Notes: a model not told the origin generated them from the sequence alone. 63,933 nucleotides of DNA, filler included, from Octopus bimaculoides (GCF_001194135.2; 5 parts of 5 records of this genome joined end to end with filler, not necessarily neighbours in it), one strand, 5' to 3'; shown: positions 1 through 11,677, counted from the whole stretch's first letter. A program made the numbers and translations.

Positions 1-35
1 ATATATATTTATATATACGGAGAGAGAGAGAGAGA

Positions 36-77
<42 letters not shown>

Positions 78-438
78 AGGAGAGAGACAGAAAGAAAGAC
101 GGAGAAAGTCTACATATTTTGTATTTGTGCGTTCAAATCGCAGGCACAATCGGGATGTTTAACATAATGAAACAACGTCATGAAGATCTATAAATTTATG
201 CATTAAAAGATATATCGATAGATAGTTAAATTAAAGTGAAATAACCTTAGTTAGCAAATAACTGTAAATATTGAACTTTTATCTTTTATGTGTTCCAGGC
301 AATAGGCTGTGGCCATGCTGGGGGTATTATTCATATTTCTTGTTATTAGGCTTAAATGTTTATCAGTAGTATGAGAGTAGACAGATACGTATAACGGCTG
401 AAGGGAAAGTCAATATGGTGGTTAATTACATACACACG

Positions 439-520
<82 letters not shown>

Positions 521-734
521 TTCAGATAGAATCGGGTACTTGAAAGGATAACGCACCAGGTAGGGTTGGATAAACCTGTGGTCATCGCCTATGGCTGGTA
601 AATATCAAGTAGGACACAGAGAAAACCAATCCTATGAGTATTAAGTGTCTAGGAGCTGGTCTAAAGCATACATTATACCATGTTGGTATACTCCAGGGTG
701 TCCGACGTATCGTAAATTTCTATGGTGTATTATA

Positions 735-1094
735 ATCAAATGAATAATAACAGACGATGGATAACTGTCAGCTCATTATAACTGTCTCTTACGCATTTTT
801 TAAATAGAAGAATGAGAACATTACTTCATTGCAAAAAACTGTAATCATCAGATGAAACAATTTCAAAGACAAAAGAATATCCCAAGAATACAGCAGAGAC
901 GTGGCTGAAATCTTTCACGGTAAGTCTCTGCTGTATTCTTGGGATATTCTTTTTTTGTTCTTGAAATTATGTTTTATCTGATGATTAGTTTTTTACAATG
1001 AAGTAATGTTCTTATTCTTCTATTTAAAAAAAATGCGAAAGAAACAGCCGTAATGAGCTGATAATTATCCATCGTCTGTTATTATTCATTTGAT
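735..1094. repeat. Long foldback (inverted repeat), arms about 165-170 bp, 23-nt loop
   Basis: 871-900 is the exact reverse complement of 924-953; imperfect pairing extends to ATCAAATGAATAATAACAGACGATGG (735) / CCATCGTCTGTTATTATTCATTTGAT (1094). Confidence 0.9.
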
Positions 1095-1104
1095 CATATA
1101 TATA

Positions 1105-1278
1105 TTTCGTTTTTGTATTTGGTTTGCAAGATCCTTTATGTGAATTCGTGTGCTGAAGCATATTTTATTGTGTCATTCTCTTCTAGTGCCTTACCGGTTC
1201 GATTTCCACTTATTTATTTACTTATTTTTTCTAAAATTTTCTAAAATTATCGTTGTGTCTTGCAATCTCTTCAATAGT
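1105..1278 (-). mobile_element. Dispersed repeat fragment, family unassigned
   Basis: Reverse complement aligns by eye with 49021-49210 (CTATTGAA..TTGCAAGACACAACG..AATATGCTTCA.CACACGAA.TCACATAAAG.ATCTTGCAAACCAAAT). Confidence 0.65.
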
Positions 1279-2360
1279 CGTTGACTCTATCCATTATCAG
1301 AGCTGCATTTTTTGTTTGTTTGTTTGTGCGCATGTGTGTGCGTCAGTGTGCATGTGTATACACTATGTATGTATGTATGCATGTATGTGTGTGTATGCAT
1401 ATATATATGTATGCGTGTGTGTACGTTTGTATGTATGTTTTCTGCATATTCATGTGTTTGAGTGTCTCTATGTGTATGGATTTGTGTGACTATGTACTTG
1501 CGTCAGTTATGTATGGATGTGTGTCTCCATATGTGTTCTTGTGTGTGTGAAGAATGTGCGTGTGTATATGGTCATGTGTTTCAGTCTTCATTAGTGTATG
1601 CATGTGTGTGCTTGTCTGTCCGTATTACCTATGTATGTATGTATGTATGTATGTATGTATNNNNNNNNNNNNNNNNNNNNNNNNNNNNNNNNNNNNNNNN
1701 NNNNNNNNNNNNNNNNNNNNNNNNNNNNNNNNNNNNNNNNNNNNNNNNNNNNNNNNNNNNNNNNNNNNNNNNNNNNNNNNNNNNNNNNNNNNNNNNNNNN
1801 NNNNNNNNNNNNNNNNNNNNNNNNNNNNNNNNNNNNNNNNNNNNNNNNNNNNNNNNNNNNNNNNNNNNNNNNNNNNNNNNNNNNNNNNNNNNNNNNNNNN
1901 NNNNNNNNNNNNNNNNNNNNNNNNNNNNNNNNNNCCATTTTGGTCTTTGGCATGTTGGCAGAGTTCCCGTTTGTGGCCAGCACTCGGGCTAGTTGCCTAG
2001 TTTGAGGACAACTTCCTTTCTTTTACTTTTTCATGAAGGCCTTGACAAAAACGGTGGAAAGTACAACCCTTCAACCCCTGACTAAGATGTACCGGAACTG
2101 ATGATTGCCTGTTTGAAATTTATCTCTTAAATAAGATTGTGAATTTGATTGATAAGATATTGGTTGTCTAATTTATTGTCGTCATTTCACTGTGTTTCAA
2201 GATATGTGAGTCAATTAATTTTTCCTTCGCAAGTTTTATTTGTAAAACTTGCTATCATAATTTAAGAGTGGCGAAAGGTAGCACCTAATTCATTTAACTT
2301 CACGCGGCTGAAGTGAAGGATTTGTTTTTGGAGTGCCTATACGTACATTCTACAAGTTGT

Positions 2361-2416
2361 TTATCTTACTACAGATGTTACTGATAGCTGACTTTTCAAG
2401 ACAAGGGTCAAACAGC
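2361..2416 (-). CDS. Possible terminal coding exon of the pacifastin-like gene ((G)CLTLVLKSQLSVTSVVR*)
   Basis: AG acceptor at 2418-2417, phase-1 frame open to TAA at 2363-2361, AATAAA on the minus strand at 2240-2235 and 2177-2172. Weak polypyrimidine tract and no homology evidence. Confidence 0.2.
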
Positions 2417-2848
2417 CTAGACATAAATACAGTGTTAAGTTTTAGGCTTGAAGTATTTCAGTAAAATAACTACACACACCGCAAAAAGCATTCAATACTG
2501 TATGCAGTAATATCAATAGAATCCATTCATGGTATCGCTTCTAGTACATTGCATTATCATCTTTCTTAGAGATTAGAGTGACATAGCAAACACAAGAAAC
2601 CTCAAGGTAACAAGTCTCTCGAAAAATCCAATAATTTAAGGCAACACAAATCATTAAAACACTTAAGAATTAAGGGTTCAGTTTTCAATCTCCTCGACTA
2701 AATTTCAATTTCAAAACATTGTATTTGTATCCTATTTTGCATTTCTCCCAAAACACCTTCCGTTTCTATTTGAATACTATTTACTTAATCACATATCAGA
2801 ATTATTAGAATGCAAAGAGTAACAACAAAAACAATCATAGTAATAATC

Positions 2849-3057
2849 CTTTCTGCTGTAGGCACAAGGCCCGAAATTTTGGCGGGATGGAGAAGTCGAA
2901 TACATCGACCCCAGTATTTGACTGGCACTTTATTTTATCGACCCCGAAAGGTTGAAAGGTAGAGTTGGCCTCGAATGCATTTGAACTCAGAGCATAAAAG
3001 ACCGAAAGAAATTCTATTAAACGTTTTGTCCGACACTGTGACGATTCTGTCAGCTCT
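2849..3057 (-). mobile_element. tRNA-derived SINE, family A
   Basis: Recurrent body ATCGACCCCAGT...TTTATCGACCCCGAAAGG...TTTGAACTCAG shared with many copies in the window; B-box-like GAGTTCAAAT on the minus strand. Confidence 0.8.
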
Positions 3058-3084
3058 ACTACTACTACTACTACTACAACAACA

Positions 3085-3136
<52 letters not shown>

Positions 3137-3140
3137 AATC

Positions 3141-3346
3141 TTTTTTACTATCGGCACAAGGCCTGAAATTTTTGGGGAGGGGCTAGTCAATTACATCGAC
3201 CCCAGTAATTGGTGTTTATTTTATCGACTCCGAGAGGACGAAAGGCAAAGTCAGCTTCAAGGGAATTTAAACACAAAATGTAGGGACGGACGAAATGCGG
3301 CTAAGCATTTCGTCCGGCGTACTAACCATTCTGCTAGCTCATCGCC
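3141..3346 (-). mobile_element. tRNA-derived SINE, family A
   Basis: Same family motifs as 2849-3057. Confidence 0.8.
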
Positions 3347-3539
3347 TGCCTAATATAATAATAATTTCTTTTATTTGCTACCAGGGCAATGAATGAAGCG
3401 AACAATATAAAAACGGACATAAAGTGTGGGAGAATTATTAGAATAGAATAAGAAAAAAATAGACATAAGTATACAAGGTATACAATATTAACAAAAGAAA
3501 AGCATTATACATGGTATATATCAGTAAAAAAAAAAGGTG

Positions 3540-5060
3540 ATAATGATATGATCCTTCTGATACAGGAGGAACTCAAGAGCTAATCGAGGAACCCCACCAT
3601 CCAAGATTTCTCAGAACGCCAAAGGACAAGTGTCCTTCTGTTCTCTGACGCATAGGTCTATACTAAAAGCGGTATTACTTTCACCATTCCCAACCACTCC
3701 CAACCACTCATCCAACACTTTCAATGAATTCATTCGAAGACAGCACCTCCCTCTTCACCCTCATTTTCCTTTTCAAGTGAAACTTGAAAAAGTCGATGCA
3801 GGCTCTGCTAAAGAAGAAAGTTTCTGTCCCCGTACCTTTCAGCATGATCCACCACACAACCTTTTTCGCTCTGGATATCATGCAAAGAAAACTGCCTTCA
3901 TTGCAAAGGAAAACTGCCTTCATTGCAAAGGAAAGCTGCCTTCCCTGTAGAGGGAATCTGCCTTCCCTGCCCAATTAACGGAGGGGAGCAGGCAAACATC
4001 ATTATGGACTTTGCCGATAATCGGAACCATCTCACATGCAACGGCAGCCTTTCGATATAAGTCTAAACACATTCTAGATACCAGGTGCCCAGTCCTCGGT
4101 CCTTATTTCAACAAGTAATGTAGATCATGAACGATACCCACCTGCGTTCACTGTCTCTGCAAGTGGCGTAACTTCAGCGTGTGTCTGTGTATCAGCGGCC
4201 ACAGCAAGCCTAAACCACCGTGCATAGGGTGTTGGCTGCAGATCGACTGCCTGACTACTGGACTGCCACAAGAAACTGAATAACAGATTATCCAATCTGA
4301 TCAGGCAATAACTGGGGCAAGGCATGTCAGTCAGACGGTAAAAATTAAAGGATGTGTTGTAGACATTTGCCACCGCTGTCCGCCCTTTCAGGGACAACTT
4401 CCGTTCTGCCAACTTTCGGGTAAGGTTGGTCAGCTTGTTCGTTACTTCGTCTCAGTTCCTATCCACCTGGAGACCTGGATCGAACAACACACCGTATAAT
4501 TTGATTGGTTTGTCTAGCATCTCACGACACCATCCAACGGAATGGACCTGCTTCTCCGGGTACCCAGCTGCAAGCCCACCGACTAGTCCACGTTGATCTT
4601 GGCCTTAATTACTATTTCCTATTCATTTAGTATAGTGCCTGATGTCTCCATTTCGTGGTGTCCGACATCGTGACGTTGAAGTCGTCCGCGTGCGCCAGCA
4701 CGGCCTACCCAGATCCCAATTCGAAAGGGCTGCACCTCAACTAACTCAGCTTTCGCAGCAGCGGATCGAGAAAAGGCGAGAGCGGGCAGCCTTAGTAGAC
4801 CGAGCGAGCGATGTAGAACGGTTCTGAGAAATAGCTGCATTCATCATTCCGAGAAATAGCTGCATTCATCATTTGTCGGTATATTCCCGGTCCTCCAGAG
4901 CGACCTGTCAAACCAAGTTCCAGTCAGTCCCCTATCTCTACGAGATAATCCTCATCTGCTGTGACCGTGTGAAATGTAGTCGATCAACGCGAGCTGTCAA
5001 CGCAGACGGATCCTCAGTGACGAGAACACGGCAAGCACTGTCTAACTCGGAAAACTGAGT
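3540..5060 (-). mobile_element. Decayed Tx1/L1-clade non-LTR retrotransposon (RT and C-terminal region)
   Basis: Frameshifted minus-strand peptides GCPLSPFL.DPLLRKL, HADDFNVTMSD (YADD-like), AKINVD*SVGLQLGT, KPIKLYGVLFDPGLQVDRN, AERKLSLKGRTAVANVY...YRLTDMPCP...LFSFLW, typical of Tx1-like ORF2. Boundaries approximate. Confidence 0.8.
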
Positions 5061-5362
5061 GAGGGATTTCTGTTAGGAGCTATCTCATGATTTCTTTTTC
5101 CATTACACTGAGCAAAGCAGATATCATCATGTTTTTTAAAAATATATTTTTTAAAACAAAGTTGAAAATTTTCTTTCCAAATTTGGACCCCCAAATGGGG
5201 TGCAAATGAATAAACCAACCAATCCAAGGTGGTCTTGGTAGCCTTAACACCTCTTATATAACAAAAGTTAAACAATTTTTAAAAACACAAATTTACCAGC
5301 GATGCGACGGGCATCCAACGAGTACCATCATCATCATCATCATCAACAACAACAACAACAAC

Positions 5363-5577
5363 GGTTTCAAATTTTGCCACAGGGGTAACCATTTCGGGGG
5401 AGGGGATGAGTGGATTACATAGACCCCAGTGTTTCACTGGTACTTAATTTATCGACCCCAAAAGGATGCAAGGCAAAGTCGACCTTAGCGGAATTTGAAC
5501 TCAGAACGTGAAGACGGACGAAATACCTCTAAGCATTTCGTCCGGCGTGCTAACGATTCTGCCTGCTCACCGCCTTA
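5363..5577 (-). mobile_element. tRNA-derived SINE, family A
   Basis: AAGGCGGTGAGCAGGCAGAATCGTTAGCACGCCGGACGAAATGC...GAGTTCAAATTCCG head on the minus strand. Confidence 0.85.
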
Positions 5578-5589
5578 ATAATGATGATG

Positions 5590-5648
<59 letters not shown>

Positions 5649-5984
5649 NNNNNNNNNNNNNNNNNNNNNNNNNNNNNNNNNNNNNNNNNNNNNNNNNNNN
5701 NNNNNNNNNNNNNNNNNNNNNNNNNNNNNNNNNNNNNNNNNNNNNNNNNNNNNNNNNNNNNNNNNNNNNNNNNNNNNNNNNNNNNNNNNNNNNNNNNNNN
5801 NNNNNNNNNNNNNNNNNNNNNNNNNNNNNNNNNNNNNNNNNNNNNNNNNNNNNNNNNNNNNNNNNNNNNNNNNNNNNNNNNNNNNNNNNNNNNNNNNNNN
5901 NNNNNNNNNNNNNNNNNNNNNNNNNNNNNNNNNNNNNNNNNNNNNNNNNNNNNNNNNNAAATGCAAAACAAAAGTCAAACATAA

Positions 5985-6062
<78 letters not shown>

Positions 6063-6272
6063 TTAGATAATAATATTAATAATAATTATGACAATGATGA
6101 TGATGATAATAAAGCAGATTAATAGTCATAATTTTTTTAAGGAGTTAAACCTTAATCCTCGTTAGATCTATATTACTGAAAATTTTGAAAAAAATAAGTA
6201 AACTTAGACGTAAACAATATGCTGTTCATAATAAATGCTGATCAAGTTCAGTATATCTTATTTTAGTCTTAC

Positions 6273-6428
6273 CTGGAGTCGTGGAAGAAGGACATTTCTT
6301 TTCGGAACATTCTACTTTACCAGATGTCTTGCAGCTGCACCGATTACAGCTATTTATAGCTATAAATGCCTGCCCAATTAAGTATATTTGTCCTTGGTAG
6401 TAACATTTTGTGGAATTTTTTTGTGTTG
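6273..6428 (-). CDS. Internal exon (156 bp, phase 1-1), 6-Cys pacifastin-like/half-VWC module 3: TQKNSTKCYYQGQIYLIGQAFIAINSCNRCSCKTSGKVECSEKKCPSSTTP
   Basis: Acceptor ttttcttttcag|, donor CCAG|gtaaga, open frame, Cys pattern C-x18-C-N-x-C-x-C-x3-G-x3-C-x4-C shared with two paralogous exons. Confidence 0.92.
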
Positions 6429-7057
6429 CTGAAAAGAAAAGCTTTTCACGATTTTAAAGTATGTTTGAATACACCCCGCCCACTCATCCAGATTTATAAA
6501 CTATGAAAAGATATTTACTTTCTATCCATATGATTAACTGCTTTCTGTTGCAGAACAAGAACAGAAATTATAATCCATTAACGCACTATAATGTTTTAAT
6601 AATGCAGTATTTCTGCTTAACAGTTAAATATACATACTTTGCATTATACGCAATAATGAAATCCATTCTAGTCCTGACTTCATAACTTTGCTTATACTAC
6701 GCTATGTGCGACTGCACTCTGGTCTGTTTAAATCAATGCCACTGGCATTGACAATATCCGATCTATTACTCCGAAACAACGATCCCTACAGTTATCCATT
6801 TATCGTCGCCAAACACCGAACAGGAATACATCTCAGCCTTTGAAAAGAAGATATAATGTTCAATCCTCGTCCTATTGCACACCCAACATCTCAAAAGTGA
6901 TGTAAACTATTAACAACAACCTCCAACACTTTGAATCGGCCACGCTTTCGTCTTTCGTAAATAATCATTTTGGATTTTACATTTTAAAAATTAAATGGTG
7001 ATCAATTTAAAACTCTAATTCATTGCATCCTGATTGAAAAACACCATTTAGTATTAC

Positions 7058-7228
7058 CTTCATCAGTAGCGTTAGAGCACGACTTTCTCGTACAAACTAC
7101 ATTCCCATCATTCTTGCAAGTGCAATGATTGCATTTATCTTCAGCTAAAAACGTTTCCTCAGTTTTGTACGATTTTCCACGGTAGCGGCACACATTGAGT
7201 GTGCTGCTAGTCGTCGGTGTTGTAGTTA
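7058..7228 (-). CDS. Internal exon (171 bp, phase 1-1), module 2: TTTPTTSSTLNVCRYRGKSYKTEETFLAEDKCNHCTCKNDGNVVCTRKSCSNATDE
   Basis: Acceptor ttatctttcag|, donor GAAG|gtaata, open frame, same Cys spacing. Confidence 0.93.
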
Positions 7229-7309
7229 CTGAAAGATAAGGTTTGTACGAACACGAGATGAATTTGAAGATACCATGTCACATACACACACACACGCATA
7301 ATCACACAC

Positions 7310-7361
<52 letters not shown>

Positions 7362-8002
7362 ACACAGAAGATTTGGTCAACTCGTCACACTTTCATATGC
7401 TTGTCACCAAAAATATATAAGACTAGAAATCTAAAATCGAAGAAAATTTCGACGAGAAAAATAAATTTACTTTAGCTTTGGGTTTTAAAGTTTATAACGA
7501 GAGTTACACAACATATAAATGGATAATATGATGCGAGGCGCAGATTATACTGTTCATTGCGTTTATTTTCTTTTGGGGTAGGGATGATTTGGCTGTTATT
7601 TCTAGTAGGTTATTCTCATTGGTTCATAACGCTTAATATTTAACTTCAAACAGATACTTAGATGCTTGTGGTTTATCATGAAGGTTAACACATTGTGGAT
7701 CAGTTTCAATTGCCAGTATCTCATGTTTGAGAGTTTTAACAAGGTTGAAGCCTAACATCATGGAAGATGAAACCAGAGCCCAACAAAATTTGATCATTTC
7801 ACCATATTCTTATAAGTAGACTAAGAATGTTCACTATGAACTCTTATATTGGATTGTGATATCTACTCGCTCTGCTTTGCTTGGGCCTTCAACTCTTTTA
7901 TGTATTCGTAAGGACTTCGTCATGACATTCGGCATCTCATGGGCATTTTTAGACTTGATGGAAACCATAACCCTGCAAGTCTTACCAAAGCCGATTTCAT
8001 TC

Positions 8003-8076
<74 letters not shown>

Positions 8077-8613
8077 AGATGAAAGTCAGAAAGATAGAAA
8101 GCGAGAAAGAGAAGAATCGAACCCAGTGCTGGTACTTTATTTATTGATCTCGAAAGGCAAAGTTAACTTTGTTAGGATTTGAATTCAAAGTACACAGACC
8201 CGGAACTATTACTGCAAAGCAATCTATTCGATGCTCTAATAATTCTGTCAAATCGTCTACCATTTATAGAGAGAGTTAATCTCAGAAGTCCTGAGTCTAT
8301 ATTCATTAGATCAAATTTCATTCGCTAAAGTTTCAATTCCAATTTGTTTTTCGAGATTGTTTACCTCATTCACATCCTAATAATCAAATCGTAACTTGTA
8401 AAGAATTTGACAAAGAATGTAACGCAGGATTAATAACACTATTAATAACACGACGCTATTTGCAACTATTTTATATAGTTCACGCTTTAAAAATATAATA
8501 TATTCTTATTTAGACGTATGCAATTTTCTTTTCTTTTTTTTTATAAAACGTGGAGTATAATATTTAAAATATAGTTCAGAGTATCTTATTTCAAAAACAT
8601 CTTTTAATATTAC

Positions 8614-8781
8614 CTTTATCTTTTGAGGAAGAGCAAGATTTTTTGGTACACGAGATGCTTCCTTTGGTCTTGCAACTACACGTATTACATTTATCTGCAG
8701 CTGAGAAGCTTTGTCCAAATACGAATGTTTTTCCATTGTAGTGGCAGTTGAATAAAATTTCAATTTTCGGTGTTGTGTTTT
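8614..8781 (-). CDS. Internal exon (168 bp, phase 1-1), module 1: NTTPKIEILFNCHYNGKTFVFGQSFSAADKCNTCSCKTKGSISCTKKSCSSSKDK
   Basis: Acceptor gccttcctttcag|, donor AAAG|gtaata, lies within ORF-track entry 8591..8842, same Cys spacing. Confidence 0.93.
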
Positions 8782-9001
8782 CTGAAAGGAAGGCTTTAAA
8801 CCAACAAGGATTAAATATAAATTTGAAGAAATCCCCCTGCACAAATAGCTGGTCATTATATCACGTTATCATATGAATAAGACGATGGTAGAATAAAGTA
8901 TATAAAATTGACCATAGGATCGAAACAAAACAGGAAAAGTTCATTGATAGCCTTTGTCTCTTTTCCCCAATGTCACACAATGAGAGAAGGAGGGAAGAGA
9001 A

Positions 9002-9060
<59 letters not shown>

Positions 9061-9345
9061 AGGAGAAAAACGTGAAGAAAATACTTTTTTCCTTCGAATC
9101 ATCCGAAAAGAGTGGGTAGTCGACATCTGAATTGCATTGTCCAATACAAGTCATTCGATTGCCCACACCGACACACGCACACACACGCACGCATGCATAT
9201 ACACATGTCCCACCGCATATCAAAAAGTCAACGGCTGACCTGTACNNNNNNNNNNNNNNNNNNNNNNNNNNNNNNNNNNNNNNNNNNNNTTAATTAATTA
9301 ANNNNNNNNNNNNNNNNNNNNNNNNNNNNNNNNNNNNNNNNNNNN

Positions 9346-9390
<45 letters not shown>

Positions 9391-9734
9391 CACACACATA
9401 TATATATACATACGCATACACAGACATATACATGTATTTATACATCAATAATTATGTAGATGTCTAAATTCTTCAATGTAGATGAAAAGTAAAGTTTTAT
9501 ATAAAACGCTGATAGCGAAAACATATTGATGACGGGTGGGTTGTGTGTGGCACGGGTGGAAGGGAGAAATGTAGAATGTGATTTGGACATAATTATAGCT
9601 TGAAAGCTGATATATATATACATAGGTGTTGTTAATTAAGTGTAGATAACAGTACTTCATAAAATTGTTGGATCCGCGAGTGTTTGGGAGAGAGTGACGT
9701 GTCATTAACGAACAAGCATCAAAGATTATGTATG

Positions 9735-9765
<31 letters not shown>

Positions 9766-10117
9766 GTACATATATATATATACACGCATGCTTATATATA
9801 TATGTATATATATTTATATATCTATCTACATATATATGATATAGATGTTTATGTATTTTTATCTACTTACATGCGTCTATATAAAAATTGCGTACGAAAA
9901 AATATATGACAGTATATTAATATTAATTCGTCATTATCTAGGGTATATAATGTAGTGATGTAGTAGTGTATACAACCACTCATATTTATGTGTGTGTATG
10001 TGTGTATACATCCCCTCGCGTGTATGCATTATATATATATATACACATATATATATGCATATATACATACACATATATTTGTGTGTACGTGTTTACATAT
10101 ATATATAATATAAATAG

Positions 10118-10148
<31 letters not shown>

Positions 10149-10242
10149 AAGAGAATTTACGAAAAAAAAACAACAACAGACGAGGACAGGTGGTGTAAAC
10201 AACAAAAGGATGTATTAGTTTGACGCTCGGGAATACAGAAAG

Positions 10243-10279
10243 TCTTTAACGTTTCGAGCTACGCTCTTCAACAGAAAGA
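10243..10279 (-). ncRNA. Degenerate minimal hammerhead-ribozyme-like motif (Penelope type) inside a dispersed repeat
   Basis: Minus strand reads TCTTT-CTGTTGA-AGAGC-GTA-GCTC-GAAAC-GTT-AAAGA: stem I TCTTT/AAAGA, stem II GAGC/GCTC, palindromic AACGTT stem III. Core CUGAnGA is altered to CUGUUGA. Confidence 0.45.
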
Positions 10280-10466
10280 ATACGGAGAAAACAGCATATA
10301 TACATATATGCATATATGGGTACAGGACGTCTCCAACTGTAAACAACATGAAGTACGCAAACAACGAGAGAGTCAAAATTGAAAACAGGACAAGACAAAG
10401 AACTACACTTCATCAGTTGTCGACTGTCTATCTACTCCTCATTTCGAGCATTCAACGACAATTTAT

Positions 10467-10513
<47 letters not shown>

Positions 10514-10984
10514 ATATGTATACTTTTGCAAGAAGACTGGTGATAGAGAGTTCGAAGTTTGAGTCAGTTAGCCCTCATCCAACTAGTAGTCTCCATGATG
10601 GCAAACTGGCTGAAACTTCGGAGTCGCTGTCACCACTCCTCTGGTAAAAGTACTAAAAATGTGTACTCTGCTGAATCTACGAATTCTTCAGCTTAATGTA
10701 AAATTGTTTATATTGTGTGCCGTTGAATGTGTGTATGTATGTGTGTATGTATGCATGTATGAATGTATGTATGAATGTATGTATGTGTGCGTGTATGTAT
10801 GTATGTATGTAAGAATTTATGTATATATGAATGTATATATGTATGTGTATGTATGTACGTATGTGTGTACGTGAACATGTATGTCTGTATTGAATGCATG
10901 TATGTATGTGTATGTGTGTGTGTGTATGTATGCGTGTATGCGTGTATGTGTGTATGTGTGTATGTGAGTGTATGTGTGTATGTT

Positions 10985-11182
10985 TGTGTGTCTGTGTTTG
11001 TCCCCCGCCATTGCTTGACATCCGATGCTAGTGTGTTAACGTCTCCCTAACGTAAAGGTTTGGCAAAAGAGACCGACAGAATAAGTACTAGGCTTACAAA
11101 GAAGAAGTCCTAGGGTCGATTTGTTGACTAAAGGCGGTGCTCCAGCATGGCTGCAGTCAAATGACTGAAACAAGTAAAAATG
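10985..11182 (+). mobile_element. SINE family B, 3' part
   Basis: GAATAAGTACTAGGCTTACAAAGAA..AGTCCTAGGGTCGATTT...GGTGCTCCAGCATGGCTGCAGTCAAATGACTGAAACAAGTAAAA, repeated at 28482-28670 and elsewhere. Confidence 0.85.
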
Positions 11183-11202
11183 TAAAGGAGTATATATATC
11201 AC

Positions 11203-11375
11203 TTTCAAATTTCTGCACAAGGCCAGCAATTTCAGAGAAGGGTGTACTCGATTATATCGACCCCAGTGTACAACTGGTACTTATTTTATAGACCCTGAAA
11301 GGCTTAATCGACCTTGGCAGAATTTGAACTCAGAACGTGAAGACGGACAAAATACCGCTAACAGTTCTGCCAGCA
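11203..11375 (-). mobile_element. tRNA-derived SINE, family A
   Basis: Same family motifs as 5363-5577. Confidence 0.75.
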
Positions 11376-11677
11376 AGACGCGTCACTGAGCACGTCTGTT
11401 GTTGTGAACATATACGCATATTTTTGTTGACTAAAAGTAGTAATACTACATGAGAAAAGTTACGAAACAAGTGTAATCATATGGAAATCAAATGGAAAGA
11501 ATACGTCTATATTCATCTTTTTTAAGCTCCTGGCATGGGTCCAGGCTATGAGACATACAATGAGCCGAGGTTTGTTTGTTTTATGAAACACATGTGTGAA
11601 AATCTACAAATATCTGCAGAGGTTTTAAAAGTACAAACAAGGAGAATGGAATGAGTAAGCCCTTTTGTTACGTTATG

